From assembly GCF_009914755.1 (NCBI RefSeq), contig NC_060930.1: DNA of 64,000 bases; one strand, given 5' to 3'. A program made the position numbers and the translations under genes. The DNA is from the human T2T-CHM13v2.0 reference genome, Homo sapiens. The notes under the pieces were generated by a model that saw only the letters and a list, made by a program, of their open reading frames with translations, was not told where the DNA came from and made no database searches. Shown here piece by piece: positions 1 to 18,430 of the stretch. The number at the start of each line of letters is the position of its first letter. Position 1 is the first letter of the stretch.

Positions 1-1050
<1,050 letters not shown>

Positions 1051-1729
1051 TCAAAAAGTAACAGATTTTGGCAAGGATGTGGTGAAAAAGGAACACTTTT
1101 ACACTGCTGATGGGAATGTAAACTAGTACAATCACTATGGAAAACAGTATAGAGATTTCTTAAAGAACTAAAAGTAGAACTACCATTTGATCCAGCAATC
1201 CCACTACTGGGTATCTACCCAGAGGAAAAGAATTCATTATATTAAAAAGACACTTGCACATGCATCTTTATAGCAGCATAATTTTCAGCTGCAAAAATAC
1301 GGACCCAGCACAAATGCCCATCAAGCAACAAGTGGAGATTATATATATATATATTTATCTAGTAATACTACTCAGCCATAAAAAAAAAAAGAATGAAATA
1401 ATGGCATTTGCAGTAACCAGGATGGAGTTGGAGACCATTGTTCTAAGTGAAGTAATTCGGGAATGGAAAACCAAACATTGTATGTTTTCACTTATAAGCG
1501 GGAAATAAGCTATGAAGATGTAAAGGCGTAAGAATAATACAATGGGCTTTGGGGAATCAGGGGGAATGGTGGGAGGGGAATGAGGAATAGAAGACCATAC
1601 ATTGGGAACATCATACACTGTTTGGGTGATTAGTGTAGCAAAATCACAGAAATCACCACTAAAGAACTTTTCCATGCAACCAAACACCACCTGTTCCCCA
1701 AAACTATTGAAATAAAAAGAAAAAGAAAA
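1051..1729 (+). mobile_element. L1PB/L1MA-type LINE-1 3' end (host of the L1PA above)
   Basis: Resumes in ORF2 at the KSKNNRC-equivalent region. 3'UTR ends '...caccactaaagaacttttccatgcaaccaaacaccacctgttcccc...aaataaaaa'. Confidence 0.88.
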
Positions 1730-2680
1730 TGGCAAATAAGCACACAAAAATATTCAACATAATTATTCATTAAAGAAAGGCACATTGAAACATTAGCGAG
1801 ATTTACCACACATGTAGTAAAAAAGTTTAAATTTAACAAAAAACTTCCCAAGTTTTAGCAAAGATGTGGCGAAACTTTAACTCTTATATATGGCTGGTGG
1901 CAATGTAAAATGGCACAATTTGGAAAACTGGCCACTTATTTAAAATGTCAGCATATACTTAGCACATAATTCAGCTATTCTCATTTACCTATCTGCCCAA
2001 AAGGAATGAGAGCCTATAGCCATATAAGACTGTTTATAACTGCTGCTAGCTCCTTTACTTGCACTTTTCAAACAAAATCTAAATGCCTATCAATAGGTGA
2101 ATGGATAAACAAATTGACATACCCACATAATTGAATACCATTTCACAACAAAAAAAAGTGAACCACTGACATATATATATATCAGTATACGTATATCAGA
2201 TATATATCTCAGATATATGATATCAGATATCATATATATCTGATATACATATATCTGCTATATATATCATATATATGATCTCATATCATATATATGATAT
2301 CTCATATATATCTCATATATATCAGATATATATAGCAATATGTATAACTCATAATAATCACACTGAGTGAAAGAAGTGGAAGAAAAGTACATATTGTATG
2401 ATTCAGTTATATAAATTTCTAGAAAATGTTAACTAATCTACAGTGACAGAAATTAGAACAGTGATTATCTGGGGACTAGAGTAGAAGAGTTACAGGACAT
2501 AGAGTTTACAAAGAGACCATAAAGAAACTTTGGTGAGTAATGTATAGGGACATTATCTTGATTATGGTGATGGCTTCATGGACGTATACATACGTCAAAA
2601 TTTATCTATTTGTATAATTTATATGTATGTCATTTAAGATATCAATTATTCCTCAATACAATTATTTTTAAAATAATTTT
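1730..2680 (+). mobile_element. Ancient L1M (L1MC/L1ME-like) 3' end
   Basis: Degenerate ORF2-end and 3'UTR motifs (aatgtaaaatggcacaatttggaaaac; caataggtgaatggataaacaaattg; ttatcttgattatggtgatgg). Confidence 0.75.
2170..2335. repeat. Complex (TA)n/TATATC/GATATA low-complexity repeat
   Basis: Directly visible. Confidence 0.95.
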
Positions 2681-3399
2681 TCTGACTTCTACTTAGGATA
2701 TAAAAAGAAAGAAATAGTGCCATTCCTATCTTTACACAAAATGTTCCATAATCTGCAAAATCACAACTTTCCTGGATCCCTAAAACCAACTAACCATAAA
2801 TATAAGGAAAGATAAGAAAGAATAGCCTCATTGGTCTATTGCAATTAGGCCAAGGGTGAGGATTCATTGTATTTGTGAAAACAGAATAGAAAAAAAAGTG
2901 TTCTCTACCCTTGGTGACTGGTTGTAAAACATTCTAGATCCAGTCTCTTAGAGTTTTCTAACACTAAGAGGGAGTAGGAAAACTGAAAGGTCTTATACCC
3001 AAGACCTAAAGACACATCTTATGCCTGATACTGAGGTTAAACCAGAGCAGAGAGTGTTCCTTCACCCACTAGCATAAGGTTAACAAATTCCAAATAACAG
3101 GTGAGAGTAGTTGACTGTTGAAAAATGTTCAAGAGTGTGGAAAGAGATTTGTTTTTACTCACAGATACAAAGAAAATAATATCTAAAGTTAAAGGTGGAA
3201 CAGACATTGAGAAAAATATTCTGGCAACCACCATAAAGACAAGTTAATGCTAGAGTAATTGAAAGCTTGTGGTGCACTGAGGGCAATCATGCAACTAATA
3301 AAAACCAAATCTATGAACTCCTAACTAGATTATTTCAACCTCCTTCACATTAAAGTCATATCAAAAGAAAATGAAAATGCATGTTTATGGGCAGGCATA

Positions 3400-5018
3400 A
3401 GATCTACTTATATCTCCCACGTAAGATGTTGAGCTTTCAACCAAACATTGCAAGACACCAAAAAGACAAAAAAGGGAAACAACATACTTCCAAGAAACCA
3501 AGAAATTAATACAACAACTAGATATGAACCAGATCTTGGACTATCAGAGATTTAAAAAATAATTATGATCAATAAAGTCTGCAGTGAAAAAGGTGGATAC
3601 TGTACAGGAACATATGGAGACTTTCAGCAAAGAAATGGTAATTATAAAACATCATAAAATGGAAATGCTAGAAATGAAAAACCTGAGAGGAGAGATAAAG
3701 ACTACCTTTGATGGCTCTGTGGTAGACTCAACACAACCAACAGAAGAATCAAAAAGAGGTCAGTGAAATTTGCTCAAACCTAAACACAAAAAGAAAAAAA
3801 AAACAGAACAGACAATGCAAAGGCTGTGGGAAAATATTAAACATTCTACCCTAGATGTAATAAGTAGAATTTCAGAACTCAAAGAGAGAATGAGATGGAA
3901 AAAATGTTTGAAAAAATAATGGCTGAGAAATTTCCAAAACAACAAACAACAACAGAAAGACGAAGTTCAGAGAACATTAAGCAGCATAAATACACACACA
4001 CACGCACACACCCACACACCCACACACCCACCCATACATGTCATATTCAAACTGTTTAAAAAAAAAGATAAAGGGATAATTTTGAAGGCACCAAAGGTTA
4101 AAAGCACATTTTATTCAAGAGACCAAAGATAAAAAATTATAGCAGGATTTTGTCAAAATTTATGTATGCCAGAAGATAATGACAAAGAAAGAAAGAAAAT
4201 GCTGAAAGGAAGAAAAAAATGAATTCTACTTTCTCCACACATAAAGCAGAATGATATTATTTGAAGGTTGCATTGGTGCAATTATTGTATTAATTATAAT
4301 TAATCAAAGAGAGGTATTGTAAACCATATGAAAGCCACAAGAAAACTTGCAAAAACAATGATCTATAAAATAATAACCTGAGAATGGAGATAAAGCAGAA
4401 TGATAAAAAATACTTAATACAAAATGAAGGCAAAAAAGAAGGAATAAAGAAGCAAAGAAGAAACAAAGGAAGACAGTCAGCAATACCCAATAATCCAATC
4501 ATATCCATAATGACATTGAATGTAAACAGTCTGAACGCATCAAGTAAAAGAAATTGTTATTTTGGGTGAAATAGCATGGACCCATACACATTATTACAAG
4601 AAACGTATTAAACATAAGAAGATTAGGTTAAAAGTAATATCACAGAAAGAGATATACTGTGGAAAAACTAAGGAAAATTAAGCTAAGGTGGATACATTTA
4701 TCTCAGACAAAAAGGAATTTAGAACAAAGAAAAAATAAAGGAGTCAATTCACCAAGAAAGACATAAAAATCCTACTGTGTCTACTGACACAGCTTCAAAC
4801 ATTACAAAGTAAAAAAACTGACAAAATTGATGAGAGAAATAGATAAACTTGCAATTTGCCTATGAAGTACACAGACATTTTAACATTCCCCTTCCTGTAA
4901 TCAATAGAAAAAGTAGACAGAAAATCAATGCAGATGAGGCCTTGAATATCCCTAGGAAGTAACTTGGCCTAATTGACATTTATAGAATACTCGACTTAAT
5001 CATAGTAGAATACACATT
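3400..5018 (+). mobile_element. Ancient L1M ORF1 to ORF2 endonuclease region
   Basis: ORF1-like coiled-coil remnant at 3584-3766. ORF 4384-4569 ends ISIMTLNVNSLNASSKR, matching the ORF2 EN start ITILTLNINGLN. Sequence stops at 'agaatacacattct' (EYTF). Confidence 0.85.
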
Positions 5019-8414
<3,396 letters not shown>

Positions 8415-8424
8415 TTTCTACATC

Positions 8425-8732
8425 TTTAAACCAGCAATGCTTCACAAAGCCATTCTGATGTTTCAAATATCTGTGAATTCATTTTTTGCTGTCAGTCAGT
8501 GAAAAACTTTTGCTTTTAAAAGGTGCATTACTTAGGACTGTCCTACTCAGATCAACTGATTAGTAACCTCAAGATCAACTGATTGGTAACCTTAATTACA
8601 TCTGCAAAATCCCTTTGCCATGGAATGTAACATGATCACGGAAATAATGACCCATCATATTCACAGAAGAGGAAATTTTATATGCCGTTTGTCACTGGGG
8701 GCTATTCTGTGTTAGGAATTCTGTGTACCACA
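8425..8732 (-). mobile_element. MLT1 (MaLR) LTR fragment
   Basis: 'ccttaattacatctgcaaaatccctttgccatg...ccatcatattcacag', ending 'taccaca' (antisense of the LTR start TGTGGTA). Confidence 0.75.
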
Positions 8733-10370
8733 AAGTGAATATTGGGAACAATTTTATGCCCATAAATTTGACAACATAGAGGCGTTACATAAATTCCTCA
8801 AATGATAAGAAAATTACTGAAGATTAAATAACCTGGATATTGTTATGTCTATTAAAGAAAGATAATTTATAGTTTAAAGCCTTCCAAAAGAGAAACCTCC
8901 AGGCTCAGATAGTTTTATTGACATATTCTATTACATGTTGGAGAAAGAAATAATACCAATTTCAAAAAGGCCTTTCAGAATACAAGTGAAGGGGGAAACT
9001 GCAACTCATTTTAAGACAAGGTTATTGCCCTATACCAAACTGGAAAAACTGCATAAGAAAGGAAAACTACAGACCAATATTCCTAATGACTACAAATACA
9101 AAACTTTTAACTAAATACTAGAAAACTAAATTCAACACAGTAAAAAGAAAATATATCCCCTTTAAGTGGGTTTTGTCCTGAAAACTCAAGATTCATTCAA
9201 ATTTTTTTAAAAAACGTCTATCAATGTAATTTACCTAATATAAGACTAATGATTAAAAATGCCACGGTCCCCTCAATAAATGCAGACAAAAGCATGTGAC
9301 AACATCTAACACTCATTTCTGATAATAAATAAATAAATAAATAAATAAATAAAACTCTCAACAAAGTAGGAACAGAAGGGAATTTCATCAACCTGATAAA
9401 AGACATTTGCAAAGTTTCTACAGCTAACAACATACTTAATGTTGAAAGACTGAATGTTTTTCCCCTAAGATTAGGTACAAAGCAAGGACATCCACTCTCA
9501 CCACCTATATTTGTCATCATATGTGATATCTTAGTGAATGCAACAAGGCAATAAAAAGAAATAAAATCCATACAGATTAAAAAAAGAAATGAAACTGTAT
9601 TCTCAGACAACATCTTTTTCTACATAGATAATCATAATGAATCCACAAATCTATTAGAACTCATAAGTTCAACAAAGTCACAGGATACAACATCAATACA
9701 AAAAAACATCAATTACCTAAGTCCTGTATACTTTAGAATTGCCAAGATTAGATTTTAAATGTTTTCACCACAAAAAAAGATTGATAAGTATGTGAGGTAA
9801 TGCATATGTACATTAGCATTGATTTAACTATCTCACAATGTATACATATATCAAAGCATTGTGTTGTATATCATAAATACATATAATTATTAATTATTTG
9901 TCAAAATATATAAATAAATATATAGATAATCCTATTTCTATTCATTAACAATGAAAAATTGGAAGCAGATTTTTTAGTTTTATTCCATTACAATAGCTGT
10001 TTCATATTCAAAAATATGAAGAAATGAAATGGTTAAAATAACTATTTCATATTCAAATATATGAAATGGTTAAATGTAAATTGTGCAACACAAGTGCACT
10101 ATTGTTATGCTAAAACTAAAAGAACACTGATAAAAGGAACCTAAGAAAACCAAAGTAATAAAAAGAACTAGCACATCATGGAATGAACAACTCAATATTT
10201 TAAAGAAGTCAATCCTTTCCAAAATGATCTATTGGTGAAATAAAACTTCATTCTAAAATCTCAGTGTAACATTTTTGTCAGAATCAATCAGCTGATTCTA
10301 ACGTTTATATAGAAAAGTAAAGAGACTGGGAGAGCCAAACACTTGAAAAATAAAAACAAATTTGGACAAA
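8733..10370 (+). mobile_element. Ancient L1M ORF2 continuation
   Basis: Degenerate EYYEQLYANKFDN, KENYRPI and GTKQGHPLSP motifs. Interrupted by a short L1MA 3' end at about 9720-9920. Confidence 0.85.
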
Positions 10371-10487
10371 ATTTAGTTTATGCAAGATTAATAAGTTCTG
10401 AAGACCTAATGTATAAAAAATGTGACTATAGTTAGCAATACTGTATTGTATACTTGAAATTTGCACAAAGAAAGAAGAAAATAAAGA

Positions 10488-10632
10488 TGGAAGGGAGGAA
10501 AGAGGGAAGGAGGAAGGAAGGAAGGAAAGAAGGAAGGAAGGAAGGAAAGAAAGGGAGGGAGGGAGGGGAGAAGGGAGGGGAGAAGGGGAAAGGGAGGGAG
10601 GGAGGAGGGAAAGAGGGAGGAAGAGAAGGAGG
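10488..10632. repeat. (GGAA/GGGA)n polypurine repeat inside an L1M 3' fragment
   Basis: Directly visible. Confidence 0.95.
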
Positions 10633-11349
10633 GATTATGTGTGGTGATTATATACTACACTCATTTGTCAGAATTACCTATAAAATAAGTGAACTAATCT
10701 ATATGTCAATAAAATCTTAATAAGAATGAGAAAGAAATTCATTCTTCTCTAAACATCAACTGAGAGCCAAATCCTTTGCAATATTATAAGGTAATTATGA
10801 AGCAAATAATTTATATTTAACATCTCACATTTATCTTTAAAATTTCTCTTTCCTGTGGATTTATAACCCATGATATTTCCTCCACCCCATTTAACATTTC
10901 TCCCAGCCCCCACCTCCAAGTGCACTAAGCTTGGGAACTCTCCTTCCTCTTATTTATCACCAGAAATACTCGTTCTTGGTCACTATGGATCCAGTTACTT
11001 CCTAGAACCACAATAAGATCACTCAAATAGATGACCCTCGAATCATTCTGAGGCCGAGGAAAACAGTTTTTAAATTTCAGAGGGGTGGTCTCTTTTTGTG
11101 AATTACTCTAATTATATTATGCATGCAGTAAACTCCTCATTAGATTAATTCTTATCGACTTTAAGAACCAGTGCAGCAAAGAAGAGATTTTACAGCAAAT
11201 AATTTCTCACTTGGAGCACTGTTTATCCACCCCAGACTTCTTTTCCATAGTTCTTTTCTTCAAAATTGTATTTGTTAAAGTCCTCTGGACTCAGGTAGAT
11301 CGGGATTTAAAATTCCAGCCTTTTTAGCATTGACATATGAGTTCAGAAC

Positions 11350-11770
11350 ATTCAATATTTGTATTTCTGTGCCTGATTTATTTCACTTAACAGAATGTCC
11401 TGCAGTTCCAACCATGCTACAAATGACAGGATTTCATTCTTTTTTATGACTGAATAGTACTCCACTGTGTATATGTACTACATTTTCTTTGTATATTCAT
11501 CCATTGATGGACACTTAGGCTGATTCCATAACGTGGCTACTGTGAATAATGCTGCTATGGGGTGACTATAGAAGCCAATAATTTATTGTATATTTTCAAA
11601 TAGCTACAAATGAGGGTTTTGAATGTTCCCAACATAAAAAAATGGTAAATGTTTGAGGAGATAGATGTGCTAATTATCCTGATTTGATCATTACATATTA
11701 TTTCCAGGTTCCAAAATATTACACTGTACTCCATAAATAAGTGCAATTATTATGCATCAATTTAAAATAT
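11350..11770. mobile_element. L1MA 3' end with an inverted 5' part (about 11350-11558 minus, 11559-11770 plus), inside a MIR
   Basis: Antisense L1 3' region (acaggatttcattctt...gatggacacttagg) is directly joined to a sense L1MA terminus (ggtgactatag...cctgatttgatcattaca...). MIR-like sequence lies on both sides. Confidence 0.8.
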
Positions 11771-12417
11771 TTTTTTAATCTTACCTTTGCTCTTAGCTTT
11801 CTCTCCTTAGTTAATTCACTTTTCTTCTCCTTGCCTTGGCTTCCTCATATTTAAAGGAAGGAAGTGAATCTCATCTACTTCAAGAAGACTTTGTGAAGAA
11901 TATATGAGTAATATAAATAAAACAGCACAGGTCTGACATGTAATAAATAAGTGATAAATAGTAACTACTCTTGCTATTAATACTATTAGCAACACTTACT
12001 CCAATTAAGCACTAAACTAGTAGCCACATATATGTGCATATTTATAAACCTTACTAGAAGAAGATGTATAGCTATTCACCATATAAAAACAATTTAAAGA
12101 GTTGCTTTCTAATATATGTAAAACAGAAATAATGCTTGCCAAATGTCACTTACATTGAGACACACATCACTGGCAACTAAACTTCAAATGCTATACTTGC
12201 AAAGGTTACAACGTAGAAAGAATAACATTTTACCCTATTCAAATATTTGTTAATATTATCCTAATTATCAGAAACACTTTCATGGTGTAAATCTCTTTAT
12301 ACTCATCAAAACTTTGTTTAGCTTTAAAAAATGACAGCTACAGTGGCCTAGGTCATTAATTATCTTAGGAACTCAGCACTCTGCTCTCAGTCCAGCAACC
12401 ACAGGCCACTACTGAGA

Positions 12418-12580
12418 GTGACTATGGCAACCACCTTGGTGCCCCCATCCTGACAACTTAACAGGAGACATTGTGACAGAAGGTATCAGGAGGTACCGTT
12501 GCCACAGACACTCTCAGAGACAGCTAGTGGTTGCTTGGTAACCTGCTCTACTGGATGGGGTTAGCCCAAGATAAGGTGAG
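12418..12580 (+). promoter_or_regulatory. Candidate RFX X-box cluster followed by a 5' splice site
   Basis: GTGACTATGGCAAC 12418-12431, GTTGCCACAGACAC 12498-12511, GTTGCTTGGTAAC 12530-12542; AAG|GTGAGG at 12575/12576. Confidence 0.45.
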
Positions 12581-15500
12581 GAACTAACGAGCGCTGACAA
12601 GAGTTCACACTTATTTGAGAAAGGGAGAGAGGGTATGATGCAGCCATACATTTCCGAGAAGGAAAAGAGATCAAAACCCATTATATTCTCAGAGATTACA
12701 TTATAATTTCTGCCACCACCACCTGGGAAAACACACCTGGCATTTCACCACTAAAAGGAGAAACTTACAAAATTAATTTCTGAATAATTTTATATTAGTC
12801 AATTAAATATTCTTTACAAATTTTCTGTAAGCATATGTATGATTATGATAACTCAGTGGCTTCTGATATTAATTATTCATTGATTTGACTGTCTGAGGAG
12901 TATAACTTATTAAGTTTTATCTATATTAAAAAAAATTGCGATGGCACCAACAAGCAAGGTTGAACAGTCTTAGATTAATGAGGGGTTATAATCATGACGG
13001 AATTCATGACAATGTTTTTTCTCTACTTAAATTTATCTGGTTGTACTATATTGCAGTTTTAAATAGCACCACTGAGAGTCAGCCCCGTGAAAACTACTTT
13101 TTAGTAAAGAGAAATTAACAAATCTTTCAAGAGTATTAATTCCCATTAGTAACCCAAAACAGATCAAAATCATAATCTCCTATACTATAATTCTTTGTAA
13201 TTTATAATACAAGCCTGCTTAATCAAAAGAAAAGTTCTTTTTTTCTTTCCTGGAAATATTTTTGCTTTATTGATTTCTTCCCATTACTCATTTTACCATG
13301 ACTCTATAAAAATTACACTACATCATATTTTTATCATCCCTACGTTATTTCAGGGCTAACAGGCTCCCTGTTTTGGCTCACAACTGTTTGGAAGATAGAG
13401 GACTTGGAAAAGGAGATGAATATGTGGATTATTTCTATGTATTTCAATTTAGAGTTGGACTGCTTCAAAAAGATAGTCCTGGCAGCAAGGTTAATATAAC
13501 ACTTTAAAGGGAAAAGGAAGAAAAAAAGGATAAGTGAAGACACTAAGGCCAATGCTGCCTAAACTGGAAAAAAATAAAAAATTGCTGTTATAAATTATTT
13601 TACTAGATTCTGTTCACATGGAGCTTAAAAAGGGAATAGGAGTAGTAGACGTTTTGAAACCAAAATAATTTAAATTAGAAATGGAATACATTTTTATAGC
13701 TATTTGTGCATTATGCTATGGAATGCTTATTGAGCCACTAATATGTGCCATACCCTTAATATAGACTTGCAAAATTTTTAAATGGAGGCAAAAGGTTATG
13801 TTAACATCTTGTAATAGTTGATTTGCTTTAGATACAATAAACATATAGAAAAAAATAGCATTTCATCTTTTTTGATTTTATAAATTATAAATGCTGATCT
13901 AATACTTATTTTTCCTCCAACTTACTCTTCACTTTTCCCCTGTTCAGCTCTGCTTCTCAGGGAGCCTGACTGAGGTACAGACAGGATTTTCAGGCTCTAG
14001 TGTCAGCTGGCTGCCAATGGAATGGTGGCAAAATAGATGGCAAGAGTAAAGAAGAAGCCATATTAATAAATGTGAAGTGATGGCCATTTATATTTAAGCA
14101 TGGGTAATACAATAACTAAATGGAAGCTCTGTCCACATGGATATGCCTAGTAGACCTTGGGCTTAATTCTCAAATGAACCCTGACTATCTACCTGAGCAT
14201 ACTGAATTATATAATTTTCTTCTGTTCTGCCTGAATACTTCCTGCTTAACTGTAACATTATATATGTTTAATTCCTCTGTCTTAGGTAAACTCAAGACCT
14301 TAGCCCATACTCATTGTCAACCCATAACCCAAACCAACTCAATCACCTCCAAGTCTGGACATATACAGGAAGATTTATATCCCTATAATTTGGAAAATGG
14401 AGGTAACATAGATCACCAGTAAATCTAGAAGCAGCAATTAAAACACCTTAGGTTACATGCTTGTATAACTTTGATAAATTTGAATACTATTTTAAAACTG
14501 ACAAAAATAAACACCTACCCATGTCCCTACCTTGTTATCCAATTGAAGTCTATAAGGGGAATTTTAATTCTAGCAGGCAAACTATTACTGATGAGCTATT
14601 TTCTCTCACAGAAACACACACACTCACATGTCTTCAATTAGGGTTCAATTTTGGAATGACAACTCAGAGCAAAAAATAGTAAGTGAGAGGGTTTCTATCA
14701 TAAATGTATAAATGTATATGGGCACTTCATCACATCCTGCAGAGGGCAGAGGATATGATGTGGAAAAAATCCTCAAAATTGAGGGGCAGGAAAAGAAAAG
14801 TATTTAAAGATAATAATTTGAGAGTAAGAGCAGGTAATGACTTAACACCGTAATTCCTTGTTACATATAAATTAAAATAGATTCTTAAAATACCTTATTT
14901 TTACACTACAGGCTTGTCTTTCTTAAGAATTAATAAGAATGCATCATGTTTAGTAGAACATCTATGTAAAGAATGAAGAAAGGTTTCAAACTAGTGTGCT
15001 TATTAAACACAGGAAATAACTCAGCTTTGGTTATTCGTTAAAGGAAAAATGAAATATGAGGTCTAAAATTCATTTTAGTGCCATTTTTGCTAAAATATTC
15101 TCTTTATTCTAATGATCATATATATTACTCTGATAATAAAAACTTCAAATTATGATATTTACTCAGAATGTGGCATACAGCAATAATAATGATATGGAAC
15201 AATGGTTATAAAACATGGCCCCTTTCATGAAAACATAGAATAGCAGATGAACACAGAAAAAAAAAATCAAGCTCAGAGAGAAATTTATTCAGCAGCCAGC
15301 AAACATGAGTTTGTAGTAATCTAGCCTAGAGGAAATAGAGGTAAACATGAGTTTTGGTGTATCTGATCTAATGACAGAGATGACCAAAGCTGAACCTTAA
15401 CAGAAATAAATTATTTGCTTCTTCTCCCCTGTCAAACCCCAAGTCTATATGTTTAGTAGCCATCAGCTTACCACCAGGCTTCAGAACATAAAAAAGGATT

Positions 15501-15769
15501 TGGTGAAACATCAAAGAACAACATAGATCCTTAAAATACCTTAATAACTAGTCCAACTAAAGTAGGTGGTGGTTTGTGAAAATATACCCCCTAACAGCCA
15601 GTCCATGAAGCACTTAAACTCCAAGTCAGAGAACTGAAAACAGTTGCACAACTCTTTAATGAGACTCAAATGTGTGAGTGAATAGAGACCATTTCTACTT
15701 GTTTAGATTTATTATTTTATATTCTGGAAGCTTTAATAATTCTATGGAAGAAATGGCTAGCGATTTACC

Positions 15770-16185
15770 AAAAATTTCTGCATCCCTTTCCATAGTGTGA
15801 GTAGTTTTGAGAATCGGTTGTCCAGCCAGGCAGAATTTTTCTCAGATTTCTTGTATATGAAGGAGCCATGCAGCAAGTTCTTGACAATGTAATATTGTCA
15901 GAAATGGTGCTTATTCCTTCCACATGGTTAAGGGTAAATATGGTTTCTTTTCCTTCACTCTTCCCATTTGTCCAATGAATGAAGACGACTCTAAGGCCCC
16001 AAGAAATAGCATGGTCACAAGATAGTAAGATACTGGGTCCCTCAATCATCACATGGAGGAAACCCACCCACCAGGAACATCTGCACTGGATTGTTATGTG
16101 TGCAAGAAAGTAAGCTTTTACTGAAAAAAATATCTGAAAGCTTTGAGTGAGTTTATGACAGAGACTAGTGGTGCCCTAACTAGTA
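15770..16185 (+). mobile_element. Old MLT1 (J/K-like) solo LTR
   Basis: 'ctgggtccctcaatcatcacatggag...ctggattgttatgtgtgcaagaaagtaagctttt...ccctaactagta'. Confidence 0.7.
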
Positions 16186-17759
16186 TGGATTTCTATAGGA
16201 ATCATTTAGTGAGTGCCTGTTATACGCAAATACAGTGGGGCAGGCTTATTGAAATATTGCCGTTCTTCAAGTCCTAGTTCATAAGCTGCAAGTTGTGAGA
16301 AACATATTTTAAAATATAGAATTTATATATTTATCAAGTACTCATGTTCCAGACATCACACTAAAAGCTTTAAAAGCTTTAGATACCTTATCTCATTCAA
16401 TCCTCTCTGATGCAGTTCTTTGGATTATTGGCCCAGCTTATAAGATGTCCCCACCAGCCACACCCACCCACCTACAGCAGTGGACACAACAGTCATTTTC
16501 TTCTACGTGATCTCATACTCTTGGCCAGAGATGATCAAAAACCTACAGAAGGCTAAACCAAGCAAGAAAGCATCAGAGATTGCCTAGCAAAAAGTGTCAT
16601 AAGCTTTCTTACTCTGCTCCAGCTACATGCCCTCCATGTAACATTATCTGACTCCATTTAAAATGTATCTTGTAATTGTATTGTACGTGTGGGAGGGGGT
16701 GTTTTTTGTTGTTGTTCTACAAAATAAGTATTTTGCCTAGGGCCCAGCACACTGAAGATTAAGTCTTTTTCCAGTAGGTATCATAATATGTCTTTAATAG
16801 AATATGTAGATATATAGTTCCAGACAACCTATATAATTTTAGCATATTATCAATGGGCTTGAGGTTAGAGGTTATATTTGTTTGTTGATTTGTGTGTTTT
16901 TATAGCGTCTAATGTTCTGGCAAGGCTAGCATATTAATAGTTGACTTATGAGTTATAATTTCAAGAGCACTAACTGTCTCCCATCAAATTAAAAAATACC
17001 TCTCATTTTGGCTTTCCATATACCTGATACCTCACCAGTAGAGCCTTCTAATGTCATCTTGGTTAAAGCAATTATGTTTTTTGAAAAGCTGTGAGATATC
17101 ATCAACCTATTGTTGTCCTAAGCCATGAAACAGGGAAGTCTTGAAGAAAAAGACCCCAAGATGTATTATTTTACAAAAGGAATGAGGTCAGAAGCATTGA
17201 GGAATTCTTCCCTTAATGGGCACATATCATTAAAGCTCTGAGCCCAGAATTGCATAAAAGCATCAGGATCCTGAAAGTGTAGAATTATAGATCTCTAGCA
17301 TTTTCCAGGAATAACTATTATAAGCTACGCTGCTATTGGATATTCATCCTAGGCTCCCCAAACTCTGATGAAACCTGCACTCCTGAGTTTATAAGGACAG
17401 AGAAGTTTTATTTTGATTCATGTTGTACTTCAGTATAGAATTACTTTATTTTTACTGTATTATACCAACAGTAACTCCAGGGAGGCAAAGAAATCACAGG
17501 TGATTCAGTGAGAAGCTGTATTTCTAACCCACATGTATATACAATGCTCTCTGTGACTCTGAAGAGATAGTCATCTAAAAGGCTCACAGAGAACTCTCCC
17601 GCAAAAACGAGGGAGTTGTGCTCCTCAAATACTACGTAAATCTACTTTCCCAAAATAAGAGGATATATCAATATCTATCATGTTATTCAAGGGACCTAAC
17701 AGACCTTGTAACATAAATGAACAATAGTAAAGTATATTACTGACACAGATAAAAATTGA

Positions 17760-18075
17760 GGTGGCATGGATGGAACTGGAGATCATTATTCTTAGTAAAA
17801 TGACTCAGAAACAGAAAGTAAAAAACCACATGTTATCACTTATAAGTGGGTGCTTAACAATGGGTACACAGGGACATGTAGAGAGGAATAATAGACATTG
17901 GAGACTCCAAAAGTTGGGATGGTGGAGCAGGGAGAGATGAAATATTATCTAGGGGATACAATGTACACTATGTGTATGATGGGTACACTAAAAGCCCAGA
18001 CTTCACCACTATGCAATACATGCATGTAACACAACTGTATTTGCACCCCTAAATCCATATAAATAAAACTTTTAA
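17760..18075 (+). mobile_element. L1MA (about L1MA1-3) 3' end
   Basis: 'atggatggaactggag...gggtacactaaaagcccagacttcaccactatgcaata...aaataaaa'. Confidence 0.88.
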
Positions 18076-18089
18076 AAAATTGACTGCCA

Positions 18090-18430
<341 letters not shown>

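Noticed and set aside
8548-8592. About 23-bp tandem duplication in MLT1, with similar small duplications at about 10000-10075, 36153-36180 and 39029-39060
   Set aside because: Ordinary slippage duplications with no further structure.
10454-10720. Gly/Arg/Glu/Lys-rich ORF
   Set aside because: Translation of the (GGAA)n repeat.
13354-13490. Stretch open in two frames after an AG acceptor, as a coding exon
   Set aside because: No recognisable protein, weak donor, and the sequence resembles a decayed L2.
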